Positions 63,316-64,000 of a stretch of 64,000 nt of DNA are shown piece by piece; within the stretch, counting starts at the first letter, position 1, and every line of letters begins with the position of its first letter. Made by a program: the position numbers and the translations under genes. The DNA comes from Bacteroidales bacterium (lineage in GTDB: Bacteria > Bacteroidota > Bacteroidia > Bacteroidales > UBA932), in assembly GCA_045641345.1 (NCBI GenBank), contig JAZUGR010000031.1, positions 1,789-65,788 of the forward strand, written 5' to 3'. The notes under the pieces are model-generated. The model made no database searches, had not been told where the DNA came from, and saw only the letters and a program-made list of their open reading frames with translations.

Positions 63316-64000
63316 ATGGCGGTATTAGAGAAAATCCGTGTAAAATTCGGGATTTTAATCACAGTTCTTGTTGCCCTGGCACTCCTTTCATTCATCATCG
63401 ACCCCAGCACTCTGCAGAGCGCTGCCCAGATGTTCTCTTCTGAAAACAAGGTGGGAGAAATGAACGGAAAGAACATTTCCTACAGGGACTTCTACGAAGA
63501 AGTCGATCACTATACAAAGCTTACCGAAATGCTCGGGCAGAGAGCCGGTGACGAGCAGGCCCAGGCTTCCATCCGCGACCTTGCCTGGCAGTCGCTGTTC
63601 GATGAGAACGTATTCCTCCCCAAGATAGAAAAGGCCGGCATATTTGTCTCCCAGCAGGAGATGCAGGATCTCACACAGGGCGAAACCATCTCTCCGATAC
63701 TTCTTCAGCAGAGGATGTTCCTCGACGAGAACGGCAATTTCGACCGCTCCGCACTTCTGAATTTCGTGCAGTCGGTCGATACCGACCCTTCGGGGCAGAG
63801 CGCCATGTTCTGGGATTTTCTCGAGAGTTCCATCTACAAAGCCCGCATTTATGACAAGTACACCACGCTTCTGATGGCCTCGACGCTTCAGAATCCCGTC
63901 GAGAAGGCCCGTGTCATTGCCAACAACAACGTCACGTACGACATCGATTATATCACCGTCCCCGTTGACTTCGCTCCCGACAGCACAATTTCGGTTTCGG
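63316..64000 (+). CDS. ppiD: Periplasmic chaperone/peptidyl-prolyl isomerase PpiD-like, 3'-truncated by window edge
   Basis: Absent from the ORF track because there is no stop in the window. Manual translation from ATG 63316 gives MAVLEKIRVKFGILITVLVALALLSFIIDP...GKNISYRDFYEEV... with no stop through 64000. The N-terminal anchor plus SurA_N-like region is typical of PpiD. Confidence 0.8.
   Translation, partial: MAVLEKIRVKFGILITVLVALALLSFIIDPSTLQSAAQMFSSENKVGEMNGKNISYRDFYEEVDHYTKLTEMLGQRAGDEQAQASIRDLAWQSLFDENVFLPKIEKAGIFVSQQEMQDLTQGETISPILLQQRMFLDENGNFDRSALLNFVQSVDTDPSGQSAMFWDFLESSIYKARIYDKYTTLLMASTLQNPVEKARVIANNNVTYDIDYITVPVDFAPDSTISVS

Noticed and set aside
1-64000. Search for tRNA, rRNA, tmRNA, CRISPR repeats, toxin-antitoxin pairs or defence-system genes.
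   Set aside because: All spacers longer than 60 nt were read. None shows tRNA cloverleaf features, regularly spaced repeats or small paired ORFs. All sizeable ORFs are accounted for by the genes listed.

Overview
This is a 64-kb chromosomal window from a Bacteroidota (Bacteroidales-like) genome. Sampled lines are roughly mid-50s % G+C. The phylum call rests on gene content, lipoprotein and signal-peptide styles, and 18 correctly oriented TAnnTTTG (-7) promoter boxes upstream of start codons. I support 57 protein-coding genes. Two run off the window edges and were translated by hand: a MATE transporter at 1..1271 (-) and ppiD at 63316..64000 (+). Most genes are housekeeping: rsgA, rdgB, recO, dnaE, gpmI, rnr, nrdDG, secG, lptE, lepA, split transketolase, glyQS, sufS/E/T, ruvA, gcvH, mnmG, ybeY, tonB, hflX, ruvB, mfd, lptC and ppiD. 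Interspersed among them is an unusually high number of exported hydrolases. I saw no rRNA, tRNA, CRISPR array, transposase, integrase or phage genes.

Observations most worth follow-up:
1. A five-gene block of exported hydrolases at 34.4-42.5 kb. It contains two paralogous glutamine-amidotransferase-like Cys-His-Glu enzymes fused to PPC domains, two S12/beta-lactamase-fold enzymes and a D-aminoacylase. I interpret it as a candidate, apparently undescribed, extracytoplasmic system for D-/gamma-linked peptide (muropeptide-type) degradation.
2. An overlapping operon of S41 protease, small lipoprotein and C10 protease, in which the lipoprotein is a candidate cognate inhibitor.
3. A tightly folded, roughly 115-nt three-way-junction RNA candidate between rnr and a radical-SAM gene.
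4. A perfect 18-nt palindrome present twice, 367 bp apart, at the 3' end of mnmG.
5. A sharp low-GC trough covering hflX and an alpha/beta hydrolase.

All functional calls come from motif recognition by eye. No database search was possible.
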